Shown: positions 1 to 8,591 of the stretch, in pieces | Layout: each line of letters begins with the position of its first letter | Numbering within the stretch: position 1 is the stretch's first letter | NCBI RefSeq assembly: GCF_001644705.1 | Contig: NZ_CP015137.1 | Coordinates: forward strand, 1,590,001-1,622,000 | Reading direction: 5' to 3' | DNA: 32,000 bases | Origin: Dickeya solani IPO 2222 | Lineage (GTDB): Bacteria; Pseudomonadota; Gammaproteobacteria; Enterobacterales; Enterobacteriaceae | Translations under genes and position numbers: made by a program | The notes under the pieces: model-generated | The model's database searches: none | What the model was told of the DNA's origin: nothing | The model's input: only the letters and a program-made list of their open reading frames with translations

Positions 1-534
1 ATCATTCTGTTTGAAAAACCGATCCGCATCGGCGATACCGTGACCATCCGCGATCTGACCGGCAGCGTGATGCGCATCAATACCCGCGCCACCACTATTT
101 CCGACTGGGACCGCAAAGAGATCATCGTGCCCAACAAGGCTTTCATCACCGAACAGTTCATCAACTGGTCGCTGTCCGACTCGGTCACCCGCGTGGTGCT
201 GACCATCCCGGCGCCCGCCGACGCCAGTACGCAGGAGGTCACGACACTGCTGCTGGACGCGGTGAAACGCTGCTCGCTGGTGTTGGATAACCCACCGCCG
301 GAAGTGTTTCTGGTGGACCTGCGTCAGGGCATCCAGATTTTCGAACTGCGTATCTTCGCCGCGGAAATGGGCCACCGTATGCCGCTACGTCATGAACTGC
401 ACCAGCTGATTCTGGAAAGCTACCGCGAGCACCATCTGGTGATGCCGTTCCCGCCCTTCCAGGTACAGATGGATTCGGTGCAGATCGCCGGGCGCAACGC
501 CGCGACCGCAACCCGTACTACGGGTGGGTTGTAA
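1..534 (+). CDS. mscM: C-terminal part of an MscS-family mechanosensitive channel (MscM/YjeP-like), 5' truncated by the window edge
   Basis: Frame +1 is open from base 1 to the stop at 532-534; the ORF track shows only the internal Met at 40. The translation IILFEKPIRIGDTVTIRDLTGSVMRINTRATTISDWDRKEIIVPNKAFITEQFINWSLSD is the conserved C-terminal domain of MscS-family channels. Its position next to epmA matches E. coli yjeP/mscM. The symbol comes from synteny and recollection only, and the mscK paralogue is not excluded. Confidence 0.6.
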   Translation: MILFEKPIRIGDTVTIRDLTGSVMRINTRATTISDWDRKEIIVPNKAFITEQFINWSLSDSVTRVVLTIPAPADASTQEVTTLLLDAVKRCSLVLDNPPPEVFLVDLRQGIQIFELRIFAAEMGHRMPLRHELHQLILESYREHHLVMPFPPFQVQMDSVQIAGRNAATATRTTGGL

Positions 535-562
535 TTCCTCTTAAGCAGATTGAAATTTCTCA

Positions 563-603
563 GAAAAAGAAAACCACGGTAAGCGATGGCTTCCGTGGTT
601 TTC
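563..603. terminator. Bidirectional rho-independent terminator between the convergent mscM-like gene and epmA
   Basis: A 9-bp stem AAACCACGG (571-579) pairs with CCGTGGTTT (593-601) around a 13-nt loop. It is flanked by an A-run (564-573) and a T-run (599-602), so either strand reads as hairpin plus U-tract. Confidence 0.7.
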
Positions 604-635
604 AGTCAGACCCGAGTAATAAAGGAAAAGCGGCT

Positions 636-1613
636 TCAGGCGCGATCCACCGTAAACGCCATCACCTCGCCGATAGACTCGGCGTTCAGCGCCAGCATCA
701 CCAGACGATCAACGCCCAGCGCCACGCCGGAACACGGCGGGATACCGGCTTCCAGCGCCGCCAGCAGGTTTTCGTCGATCGGCTGCACCGGCAGGCTGCG
801 CGCCGCGCGTTTGCGATTATCCTGCTCGAAACGCTGCCGCTGCTCTTTACTGTCGGTCAGTTCGCAGAAACCGTTAGCCAGTTCGATGCCTTTGTAATAG
901 ACCTCGAAACGCTCCGCCACCCGGTGATCCTCGGTGCTGATTTCCGCCAGCGCTGCCTGCGTCGCCGGGAAATGGTAGACAAACGCCGGTTTGTCGCGGC
1001 CGATGTGCGGCTCCACGCCAAACGCGAACAGCAGTTGCAACAGGGTGTCGCGATCCTCTTCCCGGCTGGCGACATTCCCCACGCCGATTTTCTCCGCCGC
1101 TTCACGCAGTTGCGCCTTGTCCGCCGACAGCGGATCCACGTCCAGATGGCGCTGGAACGCCTGCTGATAGGACAGCATCTCCGCGCTGTCGTACTCCAGC
1201 ACCTGCTGCAACAGGTCATCCATTTCGTTCATCAGCCGGTACATGTCATAGTGCGGGCGATACCACTCCAGCATGGTGAACTCAGGGTTGTGATAACGGC
1301 CGGATTCTTCGTTGCGGAAACTGCGGCACAGTTGGTAAATCGGCCCGCTGCCCGCCGCCAGCAGGCGTTTCATGTGGTATTCCGGGCTGGTCATCAGATA
1401 CAGCGCCATGCCATCGGCAGCGCCGGGACCGACAAAGTGGGTCTGGAATGGGAACAGATGCACATCCGTCACCGTCGCCTGGCTCATGGCCGGCGTTTCC
1501 ACCTCCAGCACGCCGCGGTCTGAGAAGAAACGCCGGATTTCTTTCATTATCGACGCCCGCTTCAACAGATTAGCGACAGGGGCACTGGGCTGCCAACTTG
1601 CCGTTTCGCTCAT
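636..1613 (-). CDS. epmA: EF-P-lysine lysyltransferase (EF-P Lys34 beta-lysine ligase, PoxA/GenX)
   Basis: ORF 636..1673 is trimmed to the ATG at 1613 (cat at 1611-1613). The 325-aa product [11 protein letters not shown]... is collinear with E. coli EpmA as I recall it, including the class II aaRS-like motifs [18 protein letters not shown] and [13 protein letters not shown]. Confidence 0.95.
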   Translation of the reverse strand: MSETASWQPSAPVANLLKRASIMKEIRRFFSDRGVLEVETPAMSQATVTDVHLFPFQTHFVGPGAADGMALYLMTSPEYHMKRLLAAGSGPIYQLCRSFRNEESGRYHNPEFTMLEWYRPHYDMYRLMNEMDDLLQQVLEYDSAEMLSYQQAFQRHLDVDPLSADKAQLREAAEKIGVGNVASREEDRDTLLQLLFAFGVEPHIGRDKPAFVYHFPATQAALAEISTEDHRVAERFEVYYKGIELANGFCELTDSKEQRQRFEQDNRKRAARSLPVQPIDENLLAALEAGIPPCSGVALGVDRLVMLALNAESIGEVMAFTVDRA

Positions 1614-1739
1614 GATTTCCACTCCACACTCAAACTGGAGGTGCAGTCTACCCGCATCACCACAGCCAGACAAATTTATCCCGTGAAGGGCTTTCTTCTA
1701 TTTGGCTTACCTATATTCATAATTACGGGGCACCCTCTA

Positions 1740-1799
1740 ATCTACGATCCTGGGGATTCACTTGGTTGCCGTCTTCCCGCCACCCGAATTATTTGGGCG
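1740..1799. repeat. ERIC/IRU-like repeat fragment (one arm only)
   Basis: ATCTACGATCCTGGGGATTCAC (1740-1761) matches the ERIC1R primer/consensus ATGTAAGCTCCTGGGGATTCAC at 19 of 22 positions. The following TTGGTTGCCGTCTTCCCGCCACCCGAATTATTT resembles my recollection of the ERIC arm (...AATTCGGGTGGCGGGAAGCCGGCAACCCAAGTGAATCCCCAGG, reverse complement). I could not find the second arm (the GACTGGGGTGAGCG side). Confidence 0.5.
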
Positions 1800-1873
1800 A
1801 TGAAAGTACTATTTGCGGATAAATCACATTTTCCGGAATATGTCCGGATAGATATTAAAAAACAGCAAAATAC

Positions 1874-1914
1874 TGGATCACATCAAATTTCAGGCATCTG
1901 CAAATCGCTATAAT
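1874..1914 (+). promoter_or_regulatory. frdA promoter: FNR-type site TGGATCACATCAAA plus a -10 TATAAT
   Basis: TGGATCACATCAAATTTCAG (1874-1893) parallels the E. coli frdA FNR site as I recall it (TCGATCTCGTCAAATTTCAG). TATAAT lies at 1909-1914. The FNR-site centre (about 1880.5) is about 41 bp upstream of the TSS expected 7 nt after the -10, which is class II geometry. Confidence 0.6.
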
Positions 1915-2082
1915 CATTTCCATACAAAAAAAGGGTGATTGAATCTCTCTTTATAGGTAGTTCGGATATTTTTTCACTCGATTTAATGTCTTGGAAATTA
2001 AAACGGAAAATAAGTGACTAGACTGAATTGCATATTATTTTCTTAATTTAATTTATTTAACTTAAGTAACTGGAGGCATGCA

Positions 2083-3879
2083 GTGCAAACCTTTAATGCC
2101 GATTTAGCCATTATCGGGGCCGGGGGAGCAGGTTTACGAGCCGCGATTGCGGCGGCGGAAGCAAATCCCCAACTCAAGATTGCGCTGATTTCCAAAGTCT
2201 ACCCGATGCGCAGCCACACCGTGGCGGCAGAGGGGGGATCGGCGGCGGTCACACAAGATCACGATAGCTTCGACTTCCACTTCCACGACACCGTGGCTGG
2301 GGGCGACTGGCTGTGTGAACAGGACGTGGTGGATCACTTCGTGCAGCAGTGCCCGCGCGAAATGACCCAGCTTGAACAGTGGGGCTGCCCGTGGAGCCGC
2401 AAACCGGACGGCTCGGTCAACGTGCGCCGTTTCGGCGGGATGAAGATCGAGCGCACCTGGTTCGCCGCGGATAAAACCGGCTTCCACATGCTGCACACCC
2501 TGTTCCAGACCTCGCTGAAATACCCGCAGATTCAGCGCTTCGACGAGCATTTCGTACTGGATATCCTGGTGGATGACGGGCACGCCCGTGGGGTCGTCGC
2601 CATCAACATGATGGAAGGGTCGCTGATTCAGATTCGCGCCAACGCCATCATCATGGCTACCGGCGGCGCCGGCCGCGTCTATCGCTACAACACCAACGGC
2701 GGCATCGTTACCGGCGACGGCATGGGCATGGCCTTCCGTCACGGCGTACCGCTGCGCGACATGGAATTCGTACAGTACCACCCCACCGGTCTGCCGGGCT
2801 CAGGTATCCTGATGACCGAAGGCTGCCGCGGCGAAGGCGGCATCATGGTCAACAAAGACGGCTACCGCTACCTGCAGGACTACGGCCTCGGGCCGGAAAC
2901 GCCGCTGGGCCAGCCGAAAAACAAATACATGGAGCTGGGTCCGCGCGACAAAGTTTCACAGGCCTTCTGGCACGAATGGCGCGCCGGACGCACCGTGTCC
3001 ACCCCGCTGGGCGACGTGGTCTACCTCGACCTGCGCCATCTGGGTGAAAAGAAACTGAAAGAACGCCTGCCGTTCATTTGCGAACTGGCGAAAGCCTACG
3101 TCGGCGTCGACCCGGTGAAAGAACCGATTCCGATTCGCCCGACCGCGCACTACACCATGGGCGGCATCGAAACCGATCAGCAGTGTGAAACCCGTATTCA
3201 GGGCCTGTTCGCCGTCGGCGAATGTTCGTCCGTCGGTCTGCACGGCGCCAACCGCCTCGGTTCCAACTCGCTGGCGGAACTGGTGGTGTTCGGCCGCGTC
3301 GCCGGTGAACAAGCGGTAGAGCGCTTGCAGACCGCAGCGTCGGCCAACGCCAGCGCGCTGGATGCGCAGGCCAATGACGTGGAGCAGCGTCTGCACACAT
3401 TGATGAAGCAGGAAGGCACCGAAAGCTGGGCCAAAATCCGCGACGAAATGGGGCTGTCGATGGAAGAAGGCTGCGGTATCTACCGCACCACCGACCTGAT
3501 GCAGAAAACCGTCGATAAATTGGCGGAACTGAAAGAACGCTTCAAACGTGTGAAGATCACCGACCGCTCCAGCGTGTTCAACACCGATCTGCTCTACACC
3601 ATCGAACTGGGCCACAGCCTGGACGTCGCCGAGTGTATGGCGCATTCCGCCATCAACCGCAAAGAGTCACGCGGCGCGCATCAGCGTCTGGACGAAGGCT
3701 GCACCGAACGTGACGACGTCAACTTCCTGAAGCACACGCTGGCGTTTTATAACCCGGAAGGCGCGCCCCGCCTGGAATACAGCGATGTGAAGATCACCAA
3801 GCTGCCGCCGGCGAAACGCGTTTACGGCGCCGAAGCGGAAGCTCAGGAGAAAAACAAGAAGGAGCAAGCGAATGGCTGA
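2083..3879 (+). CDS. frdA: Fumarate reductase flavoprotein subunit
   Basis: A GTG start at 2083 is preceded by GGAGG (2072-2076). The 598-aa product closely matches E. coli FrdA along its length: [24 protein letters not shown] dinucleotide fold, the [10 protein letters not shown] covalent-FAD His motif, HPTG and [10 protein letters not shown]. Confidence 0.98.
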   Translation: MQTFNADLAIIGAGGAGLRAAIAAAEANPQLKIALISKVYPMRSHTVAAEGGSAAVTQDHDSFDFHFHDTVAGGDWLCEQDVVDHFVQQCPREMTQLEQWGCPWSRKPDGSVNVRRFGGMKIERTWFAADKTGFHMLHTLFQTSLKYPQIQRFDEHFVLDILVDDGHARGVVAINMMEGSLIQIRANAIIMATGGAGRVYRYNTNGGIVTGDGMGMAFRHGVPLRDMEFVQYHPTGLPGSGILMTEGCRGEGGIMVNKDGYRYLQDYGLGPETPLGQPKNKYMELGPRDKVSQAFWHEWRAGRTVSTPLGDVVYLDLRHLGEKKLKERLPFICELAKAYVGVDPVKEPIPIRPTAHYTMGGIETDQQCETRIQGLFAVGECSSVGLHGANRLGSNSLAELVVFGRVAGEQAVERLQTAASANASALDAQANDVEQRLHTLMKQEGTESWAKIRDEMGLSMEEGCGIYRTTDLMQKTVDKLAELKERFKRVKITDRSSVFNTDLLYTIELGHSLDVAECMAHSAINRKESRGAHQRLDEGCTERDDVNFLKHTLAFYNPEGAPRLEYSDVKITKLPPAKRVYGAEAEAQEKNKKEQANG

Positions 3880-4606
3880 TATGCAAACCCTGAAAATGGA
3901 AGTCATGCGCTATAACCCGGAGCAGGATAACGCCCCGTATTTCGAAACATACGAGGTGCCGTATACCCGCGAAACGTCGCTGCTGGACGCGCTGGGCTAC
4001 ATCAAGGACAACCTGGCGCCGGACCTGTCATACCGCTGGTCCTGCCGCATGGCGATTTGCGGTTCCTGCGGCATGATGGTCAACAACGTGCCGAAGCTGG
4101 CCTGTAAAACCTTCCTGCGCGAATACACCAACGGCATGAAGATCGAAGCGCTGGGCAACTTCCCGATCGAACGCGATCTGGTGGTGGACATGACCCATTT
4201 CATCGAAAGTCTGGAAGCGATCAAGCCGTATATCATCGGCAACAGCCGCACGCCGGATCAGGGCCCGAACAAGCAGACGCCGGCCCAGATGGCCAAATAC
4301 CACCAGTTCTCCGGCTGCATCAACTGTGGGCTGTGCTACGCCGCCTGCCCGCAGTTCGGCCTGAACCCGGAGTTCATCGGTCCCGCCGCCATCACGCTGG
4401 CGCATCGCTACAACCTGGACAACCGCGACCACGGCAAGAAAGAACGTATGGCGCAGTTGAACAGCGACAACGGCGTCTGGTCCTGTACTTTCGTGGGTTA
4501 CTGCTCCGAAGTGTGTCCGAAGCACGTCGATCCGGCGGCAGCTATCCAGCAGGGTAAAGTGGAAAGCGCCAAAGACTTCATGATCGCCATGCTGAGACCA
4601 CAATAA
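3872..4606 (+). CDS. frdB: Fumarate reductase iron-sulfur subunit
   Basis: The ATG at 3872 overlaps the frdA stop by 8 nt. The 244-aa product carries three Cys clusters ([34 protein letters not shown]) and is collinear with E. coli FrdB. Confidence 0.98.
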   Translation: MADMQTLKMEVMRYNPEQDNAPYFETYEVPYTRETSLLDALGYIKDNLAPDLSYRWSCRMAICGSCGMMVNNVPKLACKTFLREYTNGMKIEALGNFPIERDLVVDMTHFIESLEAIKPYIIGNSRTPDQGPNKQTPAQMAKYHQFSGCINCGLCYAACPQFGLNPEFIGPAAITLAHRYNLDNRDHGKKERMAQLNSDNGVWSCTFVGYCSEVCPKHVDPAAAIQQGKVESAKDFMIAMLRPQ

Positions 4607-4618
4607 GGGAGGCAACAA

Positions 4619-5014
4619 ATGATCACCAAACGTAAAGCGTATGTCCGTGGCATGACGCCCACCTGGTGGCAGAAGCTCGGTTTCTATCGTTTCTATATGC
4701 TGCGCGAAGGCACTGCGGTGCCCGCCGTCTGGTTCAGCATCGTGCTGCTGCATGGCGTGTTTTCGCTCAAAGCCGGTCCGGAAGGCTGGAGCCAGTTTGT
4801 CGGCTTCCTGCAAAACCCGCTGGTGTTGTTGCTCAACATCATCGCCTTGCTGGCGGCGGTGTTGCACACCAAAACCTGGTTCGATCTGGCGCCGAAGGCC
4901 ACCATCATCATCGTGAAAGATGAAAAAATGGGGCCGGAGCCGATCGTTAAAGGACTGTGGGCGGCCGCTGTGGTCATCACGCTGGCGGTGCTGGCCATCG
5001 CCTTGCTGTTCTGA
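4619..5014 (+). CDS. frdC: Fumarate reductase membrane anchor subunit C
   Basis: The ATG at 4619 follows AAGGGAGG (4605-4612). The product is 131 aa and hydrophobic, and sits in operon position after frdB. Confidence 0.95.
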   Translation: MITKRKAYVRGMTPTWWQKLGFYRFYMLREGTAVPAVWFSIVLLHGVFSLKAGPEGWSQFVGFLQNPLVLLLNIIALLAAVLHTKTWFDLAPKATIIIVKDEKMGPEPIVKGLWAAAVVITLAVLAIALLF

Positions 5015-5028
5015 ACAGGAGGAATCTC

Positions 5029-5385
5029 GTGAGTAATCAACAACCCAAACGTTCCGACGAACCGCCGTTCTGGGGCCTGTTCGGCGCTGGCGGCATGTGG
5101 AGCGCCATGTTCGCGCCGGCTATCATTCTGCTGGTAGGCGTGCTGCTGCCGCTCGGCCTGTTCCCGCAGGCGCTGACCTACGATCGCATCGCCGCGTTCA
5201 GTCACAGCCTGATTGGCCGCGCGTTCCTGCTGCTGATGATCGTGCTGCCGCTGTGGCTCGGCCTGCACCGTATCCACCACGCCATGCATGACCTGAAAAT
5301 CCATGTGCCGGCCGGCAAATGGGTGTTCTACGGTCTGGCGGCGATCCTGTCGGTGGTGACCGTCATCGGCGTTGTAACGCTGTAA
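5029..5385 (+). CDS. frdD: Fumarate reductase membrane anchor subunit D
   Basis: ORF 4957..5385 is trimmed to the in-frame GTG at 5029, which is preceded by CAGGAGG (5016-5022). The 118-aa product (V/M)[25 protein letters not shown]... matches the E. coli FrdD N-terminus [26 protein letters not shown]. Confidence 0.88.
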   Translation: MSNQQPKRSDEPPFWGLFGAGGMWSAMFAPAIILLVGVLLPLGLFPQALTYDRIAAFSHSLIGRAFLLLMIVLPLWLGLHRIHHAMHDLKIHVPAGKWVFYGLAAILSVVTVIGVVTL

Positions 5386-5406
5386 GGCGATAAACTCGTC
5401 TGAACC

Positions 5407-5438
5407 AACGGCCTGCCTGCGCAGGCCGTTGTGCTTTG
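5407..5438 (+). terminator. Putative frd operon terminator
   Basis: A 10-bp perfect stem AACGGCCTGC (5407-5416) pairs with GCAGGCCGTT (5421-5430) around a 4-nt loop, 22 nt after the frdD stop. The U-tract is weak (GTGCTTTG). Confidence 0.5.
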
Positions 5439-5719
5439 ACCCACGCCACGACAGGTTTTACCCCCCTGCTTTTCATTGCATCTTCGCTCAACCCTTTCTA
5501 CCGTTAAGGTCGTGTTCGGACTGAAAAGGGATAACCCGCCATAACATGCTGGCAACCGCCCAACGCAATGGATTCCAGACGAACAATTTAGTCTGGGTGA
5601 ATCCATTCGCTGGTTTAGGAAAATGGCCAGGATGATCAAAACAGCGCAGAAAATAAATAAAACAGCGTTTTGATATTATTATTTTCTGCGATCACAAGCC
5701 GGTTCGTCCGACTTATTTT

Positions 5720-5746
5720 CAGCCAGCGTTCGCGCCGGCTGTTTTT
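5720..5746 (+). terminator. Orphan plus-strand hairpin plus T5 (terminator-like) with no annotated plus-strand gene directly upstream
   Basis: CAGCCAGCG (5720-5728) pairs with CGCCGGCTG (5733-5741) around the loop TTCG, with one A-C mismatch, and is followed by TTTTT (5742-5746). On the minus strand the same hairpin has a G-U pair but is followed by A residues. Confidence 0.35.
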
Positions 5747-5769
5747 ACAAAATATCGTTACGCGATGGG

Positions 5770-6123
5770 TCAACCCATAATTTTGTCACGGAACATAAAG
5801 AATACCGCACCCAGCAGACATAATCCGGCCCAAATATAGTCGGTGCGGAATGGCTCTTTGAGAATAATTATCGAAAAGGGAATAAACACCGACAGGCTGA
5901 TCACTTCCTGCAGAATTTTCAGCTGCCCGGCGGAGGCAACCTGATAGCCGATACGGTTGGCTGGCACCTGCAACAGGTATTCAAACAGTGCTATTCCCCA
6001 ACTGACCAACGCCGCCACCATCCAGGTACGTCCACTGAAATAGCGAAGATGCCCATACCAGGCAAAGGTCATGAATACATTACTGAGGGTCAGCATGAAA
6101 ACGGTGATAATTAATGGGGACAT
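5770..6123 (-). CDS. Small four-TM membrane protein, DMT superfamily (DUF486/PF04342-like)
   Basis: ORF 5770..6141 is trimmed to the ATG at 6123, which lies 7 nt after AAGGAG. The 117-aa product has four hydrophobic segments. The N-terminal LSNVFMTFAWYGHLRYF resembles the DUF486 signature (FMTFAWYGHLK) as I recall it. By eye the gene is more AT-rich than its neighbours. Confidence 0.8.
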   Translation of the reverse strand: MSPLIITVFMLTLSNVFMTFAWYGHLRYFSGRTWMVAALVSWGIALFEYLLQVPANRIGYQVASAGQLKILQEVISLSVFIPFSIIILKEPFRTDYIWAGLCLLGAVFFMFRDKIMG

Positions 6124-6224
6124 AGCGCTCTCCTTAACCAAGACGCGGCATTATTACGTCAGGCGGCGCAAAATACCATCAGGTAACGCTCTGCTTGTGT
6201 GAGAGAATTTTTCAGGCGGGATAT

Positions 6225-6268
6225 CAAAGGCAAAGCAACGCGTAAACCGCCCGACGGGCAGTTTACGC
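6225..6268 (-). terminator. efp terminator
   Basis: GCGTAAAC.GCCCG (6240-6253) pairs with CGGGC.GTTTACGC (6255-6268), starting 11 nt downstream of the efp stop on the minus strand. It is followed on that strand by GTTGCTTTGCCTTTG. Confidence 0.55.
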
Positions 6269-6278
6269 GCCGGGAAGA

Positions 6279-6845
6279 TTACTTCACGCGGGAGACATAT
6301 TCGCCGGAGCGGGTGTCAACCTTGATCACTTCACCGATCTGGACGAACAACGGCACTTTTACCACCGCGCCGGTGGACAGCGTGGCCGGCTTGCCGCCAG
6401 TACCAGCGGTATCGCCTTTCAGGCCCGGATCGGTTTCGGTGATTTCAGCTTCGATAAAGTTCGGCGGCTGAACGGCGATCGGTCGACCGTCCCACAGGGT
6501 AACGATACATTCGGCGTTATCCTGCAACCATTTAGCAGAATCACCCACGGTCTTCGATTCAACCTGGTGCTGTTCAAAGGTTTCAGGATGCATGAAATGG
6601 TAGAACTCACCGTCGTTATACAGGTAGGTCATGTTGGTATCAACCACGTCAGCACCTTCCGCCGAATCGGTAGACTTGAAGGTTTTCTCAACGCGGGTCC
6701 CCGTCAACAGACGACGCATTTTGACACGAGCAAAAGCCTGGCCTTTACCCGGTTTCACAAATTCACTGGATTCGATGGCATACGGCTCGCCTTCGAACAT
6801 GATTTTAAGACCGGAGCGGAAATCGTTGCTAAAATAAGTCGCCAT
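6279..6845 (-). CDS. efp: Elongation factor P
   Basis: The 188-aa product [38 protein letters not shown]... closely matches E. coli EF-P and includes the modified Lys34 context KPGKGQAF. Confidence 0.98.
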   Translation of the reverse strand: MATYFSNDFRSGLKIMFEGEPYAIESSEFVKPGKGQAFARVKMRRLLTGTRVEKTFKSTDSAEGADVVDTNMTYLYNDGEFYHFMHPETFEQHQVESKTVGDSAKWLQDNAECIVTLWDGRPIAVQPPNFIEAEITETDPGLKGDTAGTGGKPATLSTGAVVKVPLFVQIGEVIKVDTRSGEYVSRVK

Positions 6846-6885
6846 AATGGCCCTCTACAATTAATACTGGTACTTAGCCAAAAAA

Positions 6886-7929
6886 ATGGCACACATTGTA
6901 ACCCTAAATATACCTTCCCGAGAAGATTGGTTGCAGCAACTCACCGACGTTATTACCGATCCTGATGAATTGCTGCGACTTCTGGCGCTGGATAACCATC
7001 CGCAACTGACCGCCGGGCGCGATGCCCGCAAACTGTTTCCGTTACGGGTGCCGCGCGCCTTTGCCGCGCGCATGCGGCCCGGCGACGCCCGCGATCCGTT
7101 GCTGTTGCAGGTGCTGACCGCGCAGGACGAGTTCATCGCCACCCCCGGCTTCAGCCACGACCCGCTGGACGAACAGCACAGCGTGGTGCCCGGGCTGCTG
7201 CACAAATACCACAATCGCGCGCTGCTGCTGGTGAAAGGCGGGTGCGCGGTCAACTGCCGTTACTGTTTCCGCCGCCATTTTCCTTATCAGGACAACCAGG
7301 GCAACAAGGCCAACTGGCGCCAGGCGCTGGATTACATTCGCCAGCACCCGCAGTTGGACGAAATCATCTTTTCCGGCGGCGACCCGCTGATGGCCAAGGA
7401 TCATGAACTGGACTGGCTGCTGACCGAACTGGAACAGATTCCCCACCTGAAGCGGCTGCGTATCCACACCCGCCTACCGGTAGTGATTCCGTCGCGCATC
7501 ACCCATGAACTCTGCCAGCGGCTGGCACGATCGTCGCTGCGCGTGGTGCTGGTGACCCACATCAACCACGCCAACGAAATCGACGCCGAATTCGCCGACA
7601 GTATGGCACGTTTGCGCCGCGCAGGCGTGACGTTGCTCAACCAAAGCGTATTGCTGCGGAGCGTCAACGATAGCGCCGATGCGCTGGCAGCGCTCAGCAA
7701 CGCGTTGTTCGACGCCGGCATTCTACCCTATTACCTGCATGTGCTGGACAAGGTACAGGGCGCGGCGCACTTTCTGGTGCCGGACGACGAAGCGCGAGCG
7801 CTGATCAGGGAATTGATGACGCAGGTGTCAGGCTATCTGGTGCCAAACCTGACACGGGAAATCGGCGGTGAAGCCAGCAAAACACTGCTGGATATCGGGA
7901 TGCCGCAACGGCAGGAAAATCAAGACTGA
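6886..7929 (+). CDS. epmB: EF-P beta-lysylation protein, lysine 2,3-aminomutase-like radical SAM enzyme
   Basis: The 347-aa product starts MAHIVTLN.PSREDWL as in E. coli EpmB/YjeK and carries the radical-SAM cluster motif CAVNCRYCFRR. It is divergent from efp with only a 40-bp gap, as in E. coli. Confidence 0.96.
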   Translation: MAHIVTLNIPSREDWLQQLTDVITDPDELLRLLALDNHPQLTAGRDARKLFPLRVPRAFAARMRPGDARDPLLLQVLTAQDEFIATPGFSHDPLDEQHSVVPGLLHKYHNRALLLVKGGCAVNCRYCFRRHFPYQDNQGNKANWRQALDYIRQHPQLDEIIFSGGDPLMAKDHELDWLLTELEQIPHLKRLRIHTRLPVVIPSRITHELCQRLARSSLRVVLVTHINHANEIDAEFADSMARLRRAGVTLLNQSVLLRSVNDSADALAALSNALFDAGILPYYLHVLDKVQGAAHFLVPDDEARALIRELMTQVSGYLVPNLTREIGGEASKTLLDIGMPQRQENQD

Positions 7930-7980
7930 GACGCCGGCCGCGTCACCGGCGTTCCCCGGCGACGCTGATGGCCTACGGCA

Positions 7981-8325
7981 TCAGGGACACTTATAAACCT
8001 GTCCCTGCATTTTGCTGTCCAGCGGCGCGAAGCTGGACAGGAACGTCTGGCTCGGCGTGGTCACGCCATAAATCACGTTGCCGCCCATCGCCGCCGCCTT
8101 GTTGCGCAGGTCGTTCGCGGCGCCACGCATTGAACTCCCCTCATCGCCGCCGCCCGACAACCAGTTGGACTGCGTGCCGCTGATGTTGCCTAACAGCTGG
8201 CATTGCGCCGCCGGTTTACTGTCAGTAAAACGCACCGCCTGACCGGCAGCACTGAGTTCGTTGGTGGTGCTGCATCCCGCCAGCAAGGCGATAGCAGCCA
8301 ATCCCATCAGAATACGAGTCCGCAT
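7981..8325 (-). CDS. yjeI: YjeI-like lipoprotein (DUF4156)
   Basis: ORF 7981..8382 is trimmed to the ATG at 8325, which follows a GGAGAG RBS. The product has the lipobox LLAGC (MRTRILMGLAAIALLAGCSTTNELSAAGQ...) and matches my recollection of E. coli YjeI (SMRGAANDLRN.AAAMGGNVIYG, C-terminal GQVYKCP). Confidence 0.85.
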   Translation of the reverse strand: MRTRILMGLAAIALLAGCSTTNELSAAGQAVRFTDSKPAAQCQLLGNISGTQSNWLSGGGDEGSSMRGAANDLRNKAAAMGGNVIYGVTTPSQTFLSSFAPLDSKMQGQVYKCP

Positions 8326-8591
8326 GCTTCTCTCCGTGATAGTCGATACACTGGCCGGAGCCGGGCTACCCCGACCCGACAATCGAAAACTTATGCCAAA
8401 ACAGGCTCATGTTACCACCATCGGGGTGACAATTACCGGATAAACGACAACAATTTCTGTGGTCATGACGTTCTGTAACCATGACGGTGATCACGCCCGG
8501 CTTCACATCGGCGGGCACAGGATTGTCGTGCTCAACCTCGGGGCATTCGTTGCGACCGAGGCATTTCCTCTTCACCAACAGGGTATATCGC

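Noticed and set aside
2043-2055. An identical 13-mer TTAATTTAATTTA in the frdA 5' region (2043-2055) and the aceB upstream region (27779-27791)
   Set aside because: Both lie in nearly pure A/T low-complexity tracts, where a 13-nt coincidence is unsurprising. There is no flanking similarity.
5565-5610. The hairpin GGATTCCAGAC...GTCTGGGTGAATCC as a second ERIC-like core
   Set aside because: It has only a superficial resemblance to the ERIC central inverted repeat (GAATCCCCAGG / CTGGGGTGA). The flanks do not match my recollection of ERIC. I kept it as an unexplained hairpin in the findings rather than calling it ERIC.
6142-6278. Entericidin-like small lipoprotein genes (ecnA/ecnB) downstream of efp, and remnants of ampC/blc/sugE between frdD and efp
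   Set aside because: There is no small ORF with a lipobox signal on the efp strand. The 137-bp gap is largely filled by the efp terminator hairpin, and nothing resembling a beta-lactamase SxxK motif translates from 5386-5770.
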